A stretch of 64,000 nt of DNA, taken from Candidatus Nanopelagicales bacterium. Lineage in GTDB: Bacteria; Actinomycetota; Actinomycetes; S36-B12; UBA5976. The DNA lies in NCBI GenBank assembly GCA_018402365.1, contig JAGYJD010000006.1:3689-67688 (forward strand), in the 5' to 3' direction. This document shows positions 29,069 to 38,728 of the stretch, one piece after another (the first letter of the stretch is position 1; each line of letters starts with the position of its first letter). The notes beneath the pieces were generated by a model, which saw nothing but the letters and a program-made list of their open reading frames with translations, was not told the DNA's origin and ran no database searches. A program made the position numbers and the translations under genes.

Positions 29069-29728
29069 GTGATTCCGCCCAGTGCGCAAAGTTGGACTTA
29101 TGCTCAAAATCTAATTGGCGAGGACCAAGTACTTACCCAAGCTAGAGAAGCTGCCGAAGAGAAAAAGATACCAGCATTAAGTCCTGGTGGTGGGGCTTTT
29201 TTGAGATTTCTGGCAAGTTCAAATGACGCTAGCAATGTTGTCGAGGTAGGAACCGGAGTTGGCATCAGCGGAGTTTGGTTATTGCGGGGAATGAATCCAG
29301 CAGGTGTGCTAACTAGCATTGATCAAGATGCACAAGCACAAAGAATAGCCAAAGAAACTTTTCTTAAAGCAGGTATCGAGCCCACTCGCACAAGATTGAT
29401 TACTGGTAAAGCACTTGAAGTTGTTTCACGCTTAACCGATAAAGCGTATGACTTAATTTTGGTAGCGGGTGACAAATTGGAATATGAATCCTTACTGGAA
29501 GAGAGCACTCGACTTTTGCGACCCGGGGGGATTTTAGTTTTTGATAATGCGCTAAATCAAGATCGGGTTTCAAACCCAAGACAACAAGATGCCGAAACAA
29601 TAGCAATCAGAAATGTTGGCGAAAAAATAAGAGAAGATGAAAGATTTATTTCAGTATTAGTAGCAAACGCAGATGGTTTGCTGGCAGCGATTTATCGCCC
29701 CGAAAGAGCAGCAACCTTAGGCGCTTAA
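29069..29728 (+). CDS. class I SAM-dependent O-methyltransferase (caffeoyl-CoA OMT-like)
   Basis: VVEVGTGVGISG SAM motif, 219 aa. From memory it resembles the methyltransferase found next to sigE in mycobacteria. Confidence 0.75.
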   Translation: MIPPSAQSWTYAQNLIGEDQVLTQAREAAEEKKIPALSPGGGAFLRFLASSNDASNVVEVGTGVGISGVWLLRGMNPAGVLTSIDQDAQAQRIAKETFLKAGIEPTRTRLITGKALEVVSRLTDKAYDLILVAGDKLEYESLLEESTRLLRPGGILVFDNALNQDRVSNPRQQDAETIAIRNVGEKIREDERFISVLVANADGLLAAIYRPERAATLGA

Positions 29729-29884
29729 AACTTCTAGTTGCGTATCAAGTTCTTTTGCTTCATCGAATGACATTTCCACTACTAAGCGGCCGCCACCTTC
29801 AAGTGGGATTCGCACTACTACGCCGCGTCCTTCTTTGGTAACTTCCATTGGTCCATCACCAGTACGTGGTTTCATTGCTGCCAT
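29717..29884 (-). CDS. DUF3117-family small actinobacterial protein
   Basis: Hand translation gives MAAMKPRTGDGPMEVTKEGRGVVVRIPLEGGGRLVVEMSFDEAKELDTQLEVLSA (55 aa). It is preceded by GAAGGA and is below the ORF-track cutoff. Confidence 0.72.
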   Translation of the reverse strand: MAAMKPRTGDGPMEVTKEGRGVVVRIPLEGGGRLVVEMSFDEAKELDTQLEVLSA

Positions 29885-29963
29885 AAGTGTGTGTCCTTCG
29901 ATCGCTTAATTAATGAGTCCCATCTTACTACAAAATCCTATATCTTAGAAATTCACCTGTTTA

Positions 29964-30410
29964 TTAGGAATTTTTTTCAACTATTAACGCAAATTTTTTC
30001 AAAGATTTTTGTATTGCAATTTTGAAAAATGGTTCAATTATTTTGTATCCCACAAATCCAATGATTCCTAAAGGTAGCTCAAGGCTTTCGGACCAAATAA
30101 AATCAGATTCATCATCTGAGATTTTTTCTACATTCATTTCGCCCGTACCTCGGACAAATTTTCCAAGATGTACAACTGAAACTTCTTGAGGAGGGTTCCA
30201 TTTAGTAATTTGCATCGGATCAATAAAACCTAACTTTCCAATTCCAGTAAAAGCAGCAAACTCACCACCTACACCTACCCCGTCATTTTTTGTAACCCAG
30301 ACTTTGGTTCCGAGCATCCAAGCCGACTGACTTGGCCAATTAACAATCTCTGCAAATACTTTTTCTTGCGAGGCTTTAACTCTTTGCGTAAGGCTTAAAT
30401 CAGCTTTCAT
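29964..30410 (-). CDS. SRPBCC-superfamily (polyketide cyclase/START-like) protein
   Basis: 148 aa with a composition and length typical of SRPBCC proteins. No catalytic motif was recognised. Confidence 0.5.
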   Translation of the reverse strand: MKADLSLTQRVKASQEKVFAEIVNWPSQSAWMLGTKVWVTKNDGVGVGGEFAAFTGIGKLGFIDPMQITKWNPPQEVSVVHLGKFVRGTGEMNVEKISDDESDFIWSESLELPLGIIGFVGYKIIEPFFKIAIQKSLKKFALIVEKNS

Positions 30411-31029
30411 TTACCTCGTCCAATTCCGCTTCTAGTAGGTCGCTAGCGCTGGCGATAATCTCGCGCGGTTCGCTCCATTCATTCTCGATTGCTGTGAGAG
30501 CTTGCTTGACACTGGTAGTCCAGTATGGAACCAAAGTGGCTGCTTGGCGAATAAAGAGTTTTTTTGTAAGTTCATCGATTAAAGCTTTAAGGCCAGCGTA
30601 ATCATTCCACGGATCCAAAATAATGATTGGCTTGTTGTGCATTCCCAAACTCCGAGCCGTCCAGACTTCAATCAATTCTTCTAAAGTTCCGATCCCACCT
30701 GGCAAAGCGATAAAAGCATCGCTGTAGGAATCCATCACGCCTTTACGAGCGCGCATATCTTTTGTAATTATTAATTCATCTGCTGCCTCATCGGCTACTT
30801 CAAATTTCAATAATCCTTCTGGAATTACTCCAATAGTTTTTCCACCAAACTTTCTAGCGCTTTCGGCTACCGCGCCCATCATCGAGATAGAGCCGCCACC
30901 AGTTACTAGGGCATATTTCTTTTTGGCGATCTCAGCACCAACTTCGCTTGCTAAATGTAAATATTTGTCATCGATATCTTGACTAGAGGCGCAAAAAACA
31001 CAAATAGTTTTTACTATTTCTTCAGCCAA
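30400..31029 (-). CDS. LOG-family (TIGR00730) nucleotide 5'-monophosphate nucleosidase
   Basis: PGGIGTLEEL and GGGSISMMG, the LOG signature motifs. Confidence 0.85.
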   Translation of the reverse strand: MAEEIVKTICVFCASSQDIDDKYLHLASEVGAEIAKKKYALVTGGGSISMMGAVAESARKFGGKTIGVIPEGLLKFEVADEAADELIITKDMRARKGVMDSYSDAFIALPGGIGTLEELIEVWTARSLGMHNKPIIILDPWNDYAGLKALIDELTKKLFIRQAATLVPYWTTSVKQALTAIENEWSEPREIIASASDLLEAELDEVNES

Positions 31030-32069
31030 GTACTCAACCTTTGAAAGACGGTGTCTAGTTGCGTTATTTCTACTGCCTCTTGGGGATGGTGCGCCAAATT
31101 AGGATCACCAGGGCCAAAATTGATTGCTGGAATGTTTAACTTTGAAAATCTTGCAACATCGGTCCAGCCAAACTTTGGAGCTAAAGGCAAATCAATTTGT
31201 TTAACAAATTCGCTAACTAATGGATTATCAAGTGAAACCGGTGCAGCTATTGCAACATCTAGAATTTCTATTTCAAAATCCGCAAACAATTCTGTTAAAT
31301 GTGCAATCGCTTGAGCTTCGGTGCGGTCAGGGGCAAAGCGGTGGTTCAGTGAAATTTCTACTAAATCGGGAACAACATTGCCGGCTATTCCACCATTAAT
31401 CGCGACTATCTGTAAACCTTCGCGAAACGTTAGTTGCTCAATTATGGGAGTGCGGGGCTGATAATTATTAACGATTTCTAAAATCGTCTGTGCTTTGTGA
31501 ATCGCATTTTCGCCCTTCCACCAGCGAGCAGAGTGGGCGCGACTACCTTTTATAGAAATTTTAAATCGAATAGAACCTTGACAACCCATTTCTAAAATTG
31601 CGTTAGTAGGTTCTAACAAGACTGCAAAGTCCCCAAGTAAAAATTCTGGATTTTTTTGGGCTACTTTTTCTAAGCCGTTATATTTAGATTCAATTTCTTC
31701 TGCCTCATAAAACAGAAACGTGACATCTTTTTTAAATTCTTGCACAACTTGAGCTAATTTAAGCATTACCGCTATTCCACTTTTCATATCAACTGCACCC
31801 AAGCCAAGGATAGAATCTTGCGAAATAATTGCCTCTTGATTCTGATTTGCCGGCACCGTATCTAAATGGCCAGCTAAAATGACCCGACTAGAAAAATTAA
31901 AGTTAGTTTTGGCAATTAAGGTATTTTCAATTCGGGTAACTTCTAGGGTCGCTAAGGTGGCTAAGGCTGTTTGGATTTGGTCAGCTAAGTCTTTTTCAGA
32001 CAACGAGACGCTGGGGATATTAATTAAATCAGCCGTCAACTCTGCCAAATTCTTATCTATTTGCAACAC
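31014..32069 (-). CDS. dapE: succinyl-diaminopimelate desuccinylase (M20 peptidase)
   Basis: M20 fold (LAGHLDTVP, then AVDMKSG). It lies divergent from dapD. Confidence 0.8.
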   Translation of the reverse strand: MLQIDKNLAELTADLINIPSVSLSEKDLADQIQTALATLATLEVTRIENTLIAKTNFNFSSRVILAGHLDTVPANQNQEAIISQDSILGLGAVDMKSGIAVMLKLAQVVQEFKKDVTFLFYEAEEIESKYNGLEKVAQKNPEFLLGDFAVLLEPTNAILEMGCQGSIRFKISIKGSRAHSARWWKGENAIHKAQTILEIVNNYQPRTPIIEQLTFREGLQIVAINGGIAGNVVPDLVEISLNHRFAPDRTEAQAIAHLTELFADFEIEILDVAIAAPVSLDNPLVSEFVKQIDLPLAPKFGWTDVARFSKLNIPAINFGPGDPNLAHHPQEAVEITQLDTVFQRLSTWLKK

Positions 32070-32136
32070 TCCTCTATTCTCTCAAACCCCTCAAATTGGC
32101 TACTGGTTTCGCCCAGTTAGGCACTAAGTTTTACCT

Positions 32137-33060
32137 ATGAACACTCTCTCTGCCTGCGCAATTGGAATCGCCACCGAGTTTGAGGGCGAAATTTTAGAAG
32201 TTTTTTATCCAGAACCTAATTTAGGCTTAAACCCGAATCTGATTGAAGATTACGAATCTTTGGTTGGCGAGGATGAAATCAGAGGCGTTAAGCGGGTTCG
32301 AGTTGAAACCACAATTTTAGATTTATCGCAAGCCCCCACTGATGTGGCTGATGCTTATTTGAGACTGCAATTGCTTTCACATCGATTGGTGAAGCCCCGT
32401 ACCATAAATCTGGATGGAATCTTTTCGATTTTGCCAAACTTAGTATGGACCAATTTAGGCGCGGTTGCTGTTTCTGAAATTAATAAAACTCGAGCTCGTG
32501 CTATTACTAATGGACTTGCATTTTTTGTAATAAGTGTAGATAAGTTTCCCCGAATGGTGGATTATGTAATACCCAGCGGAGTGAGAATTGCTGACGGGGA
32601 TCGAGTTCGGCTCGGCGCCTACTTAGCTAGTGGCACCACAGTGATGCATGAAGGTTTTGTTAACTTTAACGCGGGAACTTTAGGTGCCTCTATGGTTGAA
32701 GGACGAATCAGCGCTGGTGTCTTAATCGGGGATGGCTCAGATATTGGTGGTGGCGCTTCTATTATGGGCACGCTTTCAGGCGGCGGTAAAGAAGTAATTA
32801 GTGTCGGCGAAAAAAGCTTGATTGGCGCTAACGCCGGAATTGGTATCAGCATCGGAAACAATTGTGTAGTGGAAGCTGGTCTCTATGTAACAGCCGGAAG
32901 TAAAGTCAAGCTTCCAGATGGCAGCAACACCAAAGCCGCAGCATTAAGTGGCGAAGATAATTTATTATTTAGAAGAAATTCACAAACAGGTGCAGTTGAG
33001 GTAGTAAGTCGAACAGATTCGTGGGGCGGCTTAAATACTGCCTTACACTCAAACGATTAA
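32137..33060 (+). CDS. dapD: 2,3,4,5-tetrahydropyridine-2,6-dicarboxylate N-succinyltransferase
   Basis: Actinobacterial long-form DapD with C-terminal hexapeptide repeats (GVLIGDGSDIGGGASIMG...). Confidence 0.85.
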   Translation: MNTLSACAIGIATEFEGEILEVFYPEPNLGLNPNLIEDYESLVGEDEIRGVKRVRVETTILDLSQAPTDVADAYLRLQLLSHRLVKPRTINLDGIFSILPNLVWTNLGAVAVSEINKTRARAITNGLAFFVISVDKFPRMVDYVIPSGVRIADGDRVRLGAYLASGTTVMHEGFVNFNAGTLGASMVEGRISAGVLIGDGSDIGGGASIMGTLSGGGKEVISVGEKSLIGANAGIGISIGNNCVVEAGLYVTAGSKVKLPDGSNTKAAALSGEDNLLFRRNSQTGAVEVVSRTDSWGGLNTALHSND

Positions 33061-34070
33061 AAGTCTTTTAATCGTTTTGTAACTTCGATTGTTGTTTCTT
33101 GATCTAAGGTAAGCGAAATTCTGACAAAGTTTTCACCCGTAGGTCCATACCAACTGCCAGGTGCAACTTTAATTTTTAATTTCTCAAATCTTTCTACTAC
33201 CGCTTGACCAGGCTCTCCGTTGCTGAGCCACAAAAACATTCCACCGGGTGAGTAATTGGTAAAACCCAATTCAAGCAAACTCGGTAATAATGCTGCTCTG
33301 CGCTCATTAAATTGATCACGAATTTTTTTAGGATATGAAAAATCTTTTAATAACTCACTAGCTACCTCAGTAGCAGGGGAATTTGGTAACAAACCTAATT
33401 TTCGTCGCGCGCTTATTAATTCAGAGATCAGCTTTTCATCTCCGATCGCATAGCCAACGCGAAAAGCAGCCAATGAATTCCTTTTAGAAAGTGAATAAAG
33501 CCCTATGACTTTTGAGTGATTCAACTTAAAACCAAGTTGTAAGGCACTTACAGCTTGGTTTTCGATAGCAGTTTCAAGATAGGTCTCATCGCTCACCACC
33601 ACCGCTTGTTTTTCTTTGGCTACCTGCAAAAGCGCGGTGAGCTCAGCCTCGTTAAGAATTTTTCCGGTGGGATTATTTGGGGAGTTAATCCACAGTAAAT
33701 CTATATTTGTGGCTGTAACTAATTCTGCCGGTGAGCGATAGCGCAGAACTTGGCTGCTAGTCGCGCTAGCCCCATCAAAATAAGTTGGATAGCTCAATTC
33801 AGGTATCGCAATAGTAGAAGTTTCATCTAACCCCAAGAGCCAAGGTAAGGTGCCAACAAATTCTTTTGCCCCTGCTACTGGCATCACTTGCTGCTGAGTT
33901 ATTTCTAGTTCCAGTAGTTCTTTTGCCCAAGTGACTACTGCTGAATTAAATCTTTCGCTGCCAGCCGCTAACGGATAACCAACTTGCCAGCTAGCTTTGG
34001 TTAATTCTGATAAAACGGCGTCACTTACCGGCTCTGTGGGCGCACCGATCGAAAGGTCAATTTCTTTCAT
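33057..34070 (-). CDS. dapC: class I/II PLP aminotransferase, succinyldiaminopimelate aminotransferase-like
   Basis: PLP-lysine context YSLSKRNSLAAFRVGY. It sits adjacent to dapD/dapE and fdxA, as in other Actinomycetota. Confidence 0.7.
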   Translation of the reverse strand: MKEIDLSIGAPTEPVSDAVLSELTKASWQVGYPLAAGSERFNSAVVTWAKELLELEITQQQVMPVAGAKEFVGTLPWLLGLDETSTIAIPELSYPTYFDGASATSSQVLRYRSPAELVTATNIDLLWINSPNNPTGKILNEAELTALLQVAKEKQAVVVSDETYLETAIENQAVSALQLGFKLNHSKVIGLYSLSKRNSLAAFRVGYAIGDEKLISELISARRKLGLLPNSPATEVASELLKDFSYPKKIRDQFNERRAALLPSLLELGFTNYSPGGMFLWLSNGEPGQAVVERFEKLKIKVAPGSWYGPTGENFVRISLTLDQETTIEVTKRLKDF

Positions 34071-35035
34071 CGTGCCAAAGTGATTTGGTAATCACCATTT
34101 TGAATCTGAAAACTAGTTATCAAGGCCGGATCCAAAGCCAATTCTCTTAACTCCCCAATTAATTCACCTTTCTTTATTAAAAGGGTTTGAGTTTGTTGTT
34201 TTTGTATTAACTGTTGGGTGACCTCTACCCGCGCACGAGACTGCCCGGACCGAGTCAACAGCTTTACTAAGTTGTCAACTTCTTCTGCTTTAAGAGTTTT
34301 CTTCAAACCTTGCAAATTTGCAATAAAGGTATCAATCGCAATTACCAAGTCGTCTCGATTAGGCCAAACTATTTCAGCCGTGCGTTCACTGGGGGAAAGC
34401 GTGATACGGCTCAAGTCTCGGTAAGAGCCCCCTACCAACGCTTCGATAAGTTTTTGGTTTTCAGCATTTTCAATCGTCAAGCCAAAGCCTGCCGAAATAA
34501 GGTGTGAAAGATGGCTTGAAACTACTACTGCCTCGTCATGTTGTTTGGCAAAAGTCGGGACCACCCAGGCTCCAGTAAATAAAATGACTTCAATCAATTT
34601 TGCAAGTGTGGTTTCTTCTTTAGCCTGATCTAGTGTTAACGCCCAAGGAGCTTGGTGAAATATTGTCGGGTCGGCCGAATCCCAGCCAGCAAGATGAGAT
34701 CCTGCCATTGGATGAGTGCCAACAAAATTTATTTTTTTATTAACTGACTTATGGATTAGTGATTTTGTTGAGCCAATATCGCTTACTAGTCCAGAAAAGT
34801 TTGAAGCCGCTAACTCTTTTAGAATCTCAAGTGCCGCATTGGTGGGTGCTGCAATCACGATGATGTCGCTATTATGCGTTAACTCTGCCAAGCTATTTCG
34901 AATTCGAAAACCTGACTGCTTGACTTTAATTCTTACAGACTCATCAGAATCAAATCCAAAAATATCGCATTTCGAGTGAAGTTTTTTTATTAATGAGCCA
35001 CCAATTAGACCCAAACCCACAATGCCAATGTTCAT
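34067..35035 (-). CDS. tyrA: prephenate dehydrogenase
   Basis: Rossmann motif IVGLGLIGGS and the GTHPMAGS motif. Confidence 0.78.
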   Translation of the reverse strand: MNIGIVGLGLIGGSLIKKLHSKCDIFGFDSDESVRIKVKQSGFRIRNSLAELTHNSDIIVIAAPTNAALEILKELAASNFSGLVSDIGSTKSLIHKSVNKKINFVGTHPMAGSHLAGWDSADPTIFHQAPWALTLDQAKEETTLAKLIEVILFTGAWVVPTFAKQHDEAVVVSSHLSHLISAGFGLTIENAENQKLIEALVGGSYRDLSRITLSPSERTAEIVWPNRDDLVIAIDTFIANLQGLKKTLKAEEVDNLVKLLTRSGQSRARVEVTQQLIQKQQTQTLLIKKGELIGELRELALDPALITSFQIQNGDYQITLAR

Positions 35036-35050
35036 AAGTTACCTAAAAAT

Positions 35051-35995
35051 TTATCGAGGTGCTTCGCTAGATTCTTTTACCAATCTAGTGACCCATTCAT
35101 TCAAAACGTCAGAAGTTACGCTGCCAGGTGGTAGTGATTCACCAAGCCGCGCCGAAGAAATCTCTGGATTTATTGGGTAACTTCCCAATACTTTTATTGC
35201 AGCTCCGATCGAGCCAACGTCAGACACTGCTGCCATTAAGGTCGGATCCCCAATATGGCCACGCGCTGAAACTAAAAAGGCGTACTCCCCTAAACGAGTT
35301 TTTAAAGGTCTCGAGCTAATAGAGGTAAGTCCAATATCTCTTTTAGCAAAACAGCCCAGAATGTCAGCTAATAATCCGTTACGGTCAGCGACCGGAGTTA
35401 TAACTAAAGAAGTTTTGTCATGCCCAGTAGCGGATGAAAGCTTGCGAGAGATCAAAGCCATCCGGGTTTTGCCACCAGAAAAATCTTCTACCCGAGTTTG
35501 TTTTACATAAAGACCAAAAGTATCGGCACCCTTAGCAGCAGCGATTGCTCCTAGTCCTGCTTCTTTTCTTTCTGCCACAATTCGGCAGGCGTCGGCAGTA
35601 GACGCGGTGTATTCAACTTCGATGTTGTTGTTACGTAAAAACTCTTTGCATTGCGCGGCGGCGTGTGGATGGGTAAGTACTTTTGTTACTGGAGCCGACT
35701 TAGTAGAACTAGGAACCGCAAGTACGAAAGATATTGGCACCACAATTTCTTCATTAATAAAGCACTGCGCTGCTCTAAAAATTAATTCATCTAAAGTGCT
35801 TGCCACATCACCTTCAACTGAATTTTCCAACGGGACTAAGCCCGACTGGGCTTGACCACTCTCTACTGCAAAAACTACATCGGCTACTTCCTTCTCAAAT
35901 TTAATTTCACCATTCCACGGAATGGTCATTAAATCGATAGCGGCATGGGTAAAAGTTCCCGGAGGTCCCAAGTACACCAAAGTAGAATCAGACAT
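35051..35995 (-). CDS. pheA: prephenate dehydratase
   Basis: PDT domain followed by a C-terminal ACT domain (LTSISSRPLKTRLGEYAFLV). Confidence 0.85.
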   Translation of the reverse strand: MSDSTLVYLGPPGTFTHAAIDLMTIPWNGEIKFEKEVADVVFAVESGQAQSGLVPLENSVEGDVASTLDELIFRAAQCFINEEIVVPISFVLAVPSSTKSAPVTKVLTHPHAAAQCKEFLRNNNIEVEYTASTADACRIVAERKEAGLGAIAAAKGADTFGLYVKQTRVEDFSGGKTRMALISRKLSSATGHDKTSLVITPVADRNGLLADILGCFAKRDIGLTSISSRPLKTRLGEYAFLVSARGHIGDPTLMAAVSDVGSIGAAIKVLGSYPINPEISSARLGESLPPGSVTSDVLNEWVTRLVKESSEAPR

Positions 35996-36003
35996 TATTT
36001 TTC

Positions 36004-36327
36004 TTACTCTCCACTCTTGGCTGGCAGATTTTTAACTAGCGGTACGTCATTTGAAGTCAAACCAATCTTCGCCGCTCCGCCAGGTGAGCCCAGCTCGGTA
36101 AAGAAGGCTGAGTTTGCCTGCGTGTAATCCAAATATTGTTCTGGCACGTCATCTTCGTAATAAATAGCTTCCACTGGGCAGACTGGTTCGCAAGCGCCAC
36201 AATCTACGCATTCATCAGGATGAATGTATAGCATTCTGTCGCCCTCATATATACAGTCAACTGGGCACTCTTCGATGCATGACTTGTCTTTGATATCGAC
36301 GCAGGGCTCACTAATTACGTAGGTCAC
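36004..36327 (-). CDS. fdxA: 7Fe-type ferredoxin ([3Fe-4S][4Fe-4S])
   Basis: [27 protein letters not shown]...[16 protein letters not shown], the cysteine pattern of FdxA. Confidence 0.9.
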   Translation of the reverse strand: MTYVISEPCVDIKDKSCIEECPVDCIYEGDRMLYIHPDECVDCGACEPVCPVEAIYYEDDVPEQYLDYTQANSAFFTELGSPGGAAKIGLTSNDVPLVKNLPAKSGE

Positions 36328-36397
36328 CGATTTACTCCTGGGTAGTTAATTAAGATCGTCTCAAAAGCGTAGTCCAACCCGAAAGAATCTTCTTCTT

Positions 36398-37327
36398 ATG
36401 CCCGCTCTTGGCCGACTTTTTGTTACACCGGCAGATTTAGGACGCAAGGTTTCGATCCGATATTTGGACGAAGCCCAACTTACCGATGTACTCGGCCAGT
36501 TGGTTGACTGGAAACCCGGTTGGTTCTTGGTAAAAAATAAACATGATGACTTGATTAAAGTCCCCACCTCACAAATAGTTGCCAGCAAGGTGGTGCCCCC
36601 CGCGGCGGCGGCTGGCTGGGTGTTGTCAATGGCACTTAAGGTGTGGCGGGCAAGTGAAACTGAAGCAATGGGCGATTGGACGCTGCAGGCAACAGGTGGT
36701 GGTACCGCGCGAGTTAACTCTTGTCTCTTAGTGGGACAACCAAATGTTCCAGTTGTAAACGCTTTACAAAACATAGTCACTTGGTACAAAGAAAAAAATT
36801 TAGCTCCGCTAGTCCATCTATCTGCCCCGGGGGTTTTTGATGAGGATTTAAAAAACTTCGGATTTAAAAAAACTTATTTAATTGATTTTCTTTCAAAAGA
36901 AAACGTAACTGCTAGTGTCACTTTTGAATTCTTGGTTGAAGCTAGCCTCTCAAATGCCTGGCTTGAGGCAGTTAATAAAAATAATGGTGAAGGGAGAAGG
37001 CTTGACGCAGTTACGCTAGTAAGCGGTGAGGTCGTCAAGTTTATTTCTTTATTTAAGGACGATGAAATAATTGCCACGGCTCGCTTGGCGATAGCTGAAG
37101 ATTTTGCGCTGGTTACAAATTTATGGGTCGCCGAAAACCATCGTCAAAAATCAATTGCTAGTGAAATGATGAAATTAATCGAAAATTTAGCGCTAACTAG
37201 TGGAATTAAAAGAACTTGGTTGCAAGTGTTAAGTACCAATCAAGCCGCACAACGGCTTTATCAAAAAATTGGTTATCAAAGGCACCATCAATATCAATAC
37301 TGGGCATATAAACCAGAAAGGGATTAG
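36398..37327 (+). CDS. GNAT-family N-acetyltransferase with an N-terminal SH3-like/uncharacterised domain
   Basis: The C-terminal GNAT core is WVAENHRQKSIASEMM...QAAQRLYQKIGY. The N-terminal two-thirds are not GNAT-like. From memory this resembles the mycobacterial Rv0428c-type architecture. Confidence 0.6.
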   Translation: MPALGRLFVTPADLGRKVSIRYLDEAQLTDVLGQLVDWKPGWFLVKNKHDDLIKVPTSQIVASKVVPPAAAAGWVLSMALKVWRASETEAMGDWTLQATGGGTARVNSCLLVGQPNVPVVNALQNIVTWYKEKNLAPLVHLSAPGVFDEDLKNFGFKKTYLIDFLSKENVTASVTFEFLVEASLSNAWLEAVNKNNGEGRRLDAVTLVSGEVVKFISLFKDDEIIATARLAIAEDFALVTNLWVAENHRQKSIASEMMKLIENLALTSGIKRTWLQVLSTNQAAQRLYQKIGYQRHHQYQYWAYKPERD

Positions 37328-37336
37328 TCTTAACCT

Positions 37337-38728
37337 ATGTTTCTTTACGACACAAAAATGAGAAAAAAAGTTGAAATTCAACCTCTCTCTGAAACCTTAA
37401 AAGTTTATGCCTGCGGCCCTACTGTTTATCGTGATGCTCACGTTGGCAACATGCGAACTTTTTTATTAAATGACCTGATACATCGCACCGCGCTGGCAAA
37501 AGGCTGGAAGGTAAAACTGATTCAAAATATTACTGACGTTGGACACATGGTTGATGACACCGACTTAGGGACAGAAGACAAAATGCTGGAGCAATCCAAA
37601 AAAGAAGATCTCACAGCTCTGGCAATAGCAAAAAAATATGAAGCAAAGTTTCATCAGGATTTGAACCGTCTCAATATTCTTCCGGCCACTAGTTACCCAA
37701 AAGCTAGTGAGACCATCGATTTGATGGTGCAATTAATTCAAAAATTGATAGATAAAAAGCATGCCTATCAGGGAGCGGATGGCAGTGTTTTTTTTGATGC
37801 TAGAAGTTTTTCTGAGTATGGGGCAATTAGCGGAAATCGTTTAGCGGATTTAAAGCCGGGTCATAAGTTTGAAACTGAAGTCGATGACAACAAAAAGTTT
37901 CATGCAGATTGGGCGCTTTGGAAGCTTGCCCCACCCACTAGAACTCAACTTATTTGGGATACCCCTTGGGGAAGCGGCTTTCCAGGGTGGCATATCGAAT
38001 GTAGCGCGATGAGTTTGGATTTGTTAGGCGATGAAATCGATATTCATACTGGCGGAATCGACTTGAGGTTTCCTCATCATGAAGACGAAAGAGCGCAAAG
38101 TAATGCTGCCAGTGAAAAAGAAGTAGTAAAGCATTGGGTACACGCTGAACATCTGCTTTTTGAAGGTAGAAAAATGAGCAAGTCTTCTCAAAATGTGGTG
38201 CTGGTTGAAGACTTAATAAATAAGGGCTTAAATCCGTTAAGTCTGCGGTTGGTTTTTTTAGAGCATCGTTACCGCCAACAACTTGATTTGACCTGGAATA
38301 CCCTGCAAGCTGCAGATAAAACCCTTACTCGCTGGTATCGATTAATAGCTGAATTAAAAAAGGTTTGCCAGCCAGTAGTCGATGAGGAATACCTAAGTCA
38401 AATTAAAGGTTTTATAGAGAACGATTTAGACACAGTTAATGCAATTTTGACTTTACGTGAAGTTGAAAAATCAACATCAATCTCTAATGAAGTAAAGTTA
38501 CACACTTTTCTTTCAGCAGAGAAATGGCTGGGCTTAGGCTTTGATCAGGATTTTATTGAAAAAGAGGTAAATTTCAGCGAAGCAGTTTTAAATTTGGCAG
38601 CTGAGCGCAAGGTGGCGAGAGCCAATAAAGACTGGAAGAAAAGCGATGAACTACGTGAGCAATTAAGTGCGCTAGGCGTTGAAGTGCTAGATACCGCCAA
38701 GGGGCAAGAACTTAATCAATTGCCTTAA
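37337..38728 (+). CDS. cysS: cysteine--tRNA ligase
   Basis: Class I aaRS with CGPTVYRDAHVGN (HIGH position), WHIECS, HHEDE and KMSKS. A C-terminal anticodon-binding extension is present (463 aa), which favours CysS over MshC. Confidence 0.78.
   Translation: MFLYDTKMRKKVEIQPLSETLKVYACGPTVYRDAHVGNMRTFLLNDLIHRTALAKGWKVKLIQNITDVGHMVDDTDLGTEDKMLEQSKKEDLTALAIAKKYEAKFHQDLNRLNILPATSYPKASETIDLMVQLIQKLIDKKHAYQGADGSVFFDARSFSEYGAISGNRLADLKPGHKFETEVDDNKKFHADWALWKLAPPTRTQLIWDTPWGSGFPGWHIECSAMSLDLLGDEIDIHTGGIDLRFPHHEDERAQSNAASEKEVVKHWVHAEHLLFEGRKMSKSSQNVVLVEDLINKGLNPLSLRLVFLEHRYRQQLDLTWNTLQAADKTLTRWYRLIAELKKVCQPVVDEEYLSQIKGFIENDLDTVNAILTLREVEKSTSISNEVKLHTFLSAEKWLGLGFDQDFIEKEVNFSEAVLNLAAERKVARANKDWKKSDELREQLSALGVEVLDTAKGQELNQLP

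Noticed and set aside
36398-38728. The GNAT gene plus the Cys-ligase gene as an mshD-mshC mycothiol pair.
   Set aside because: The GNAT protein has one GNAT domain behind a non-GNAT N-terminal region, whereas MshD has two tandem GNAT domains. The ligase retains the C-terminal anticodon-binding extension that MshC lacks. It is therefore called CysS plus an unrelated acetyltransferase, with residual uncertainty.
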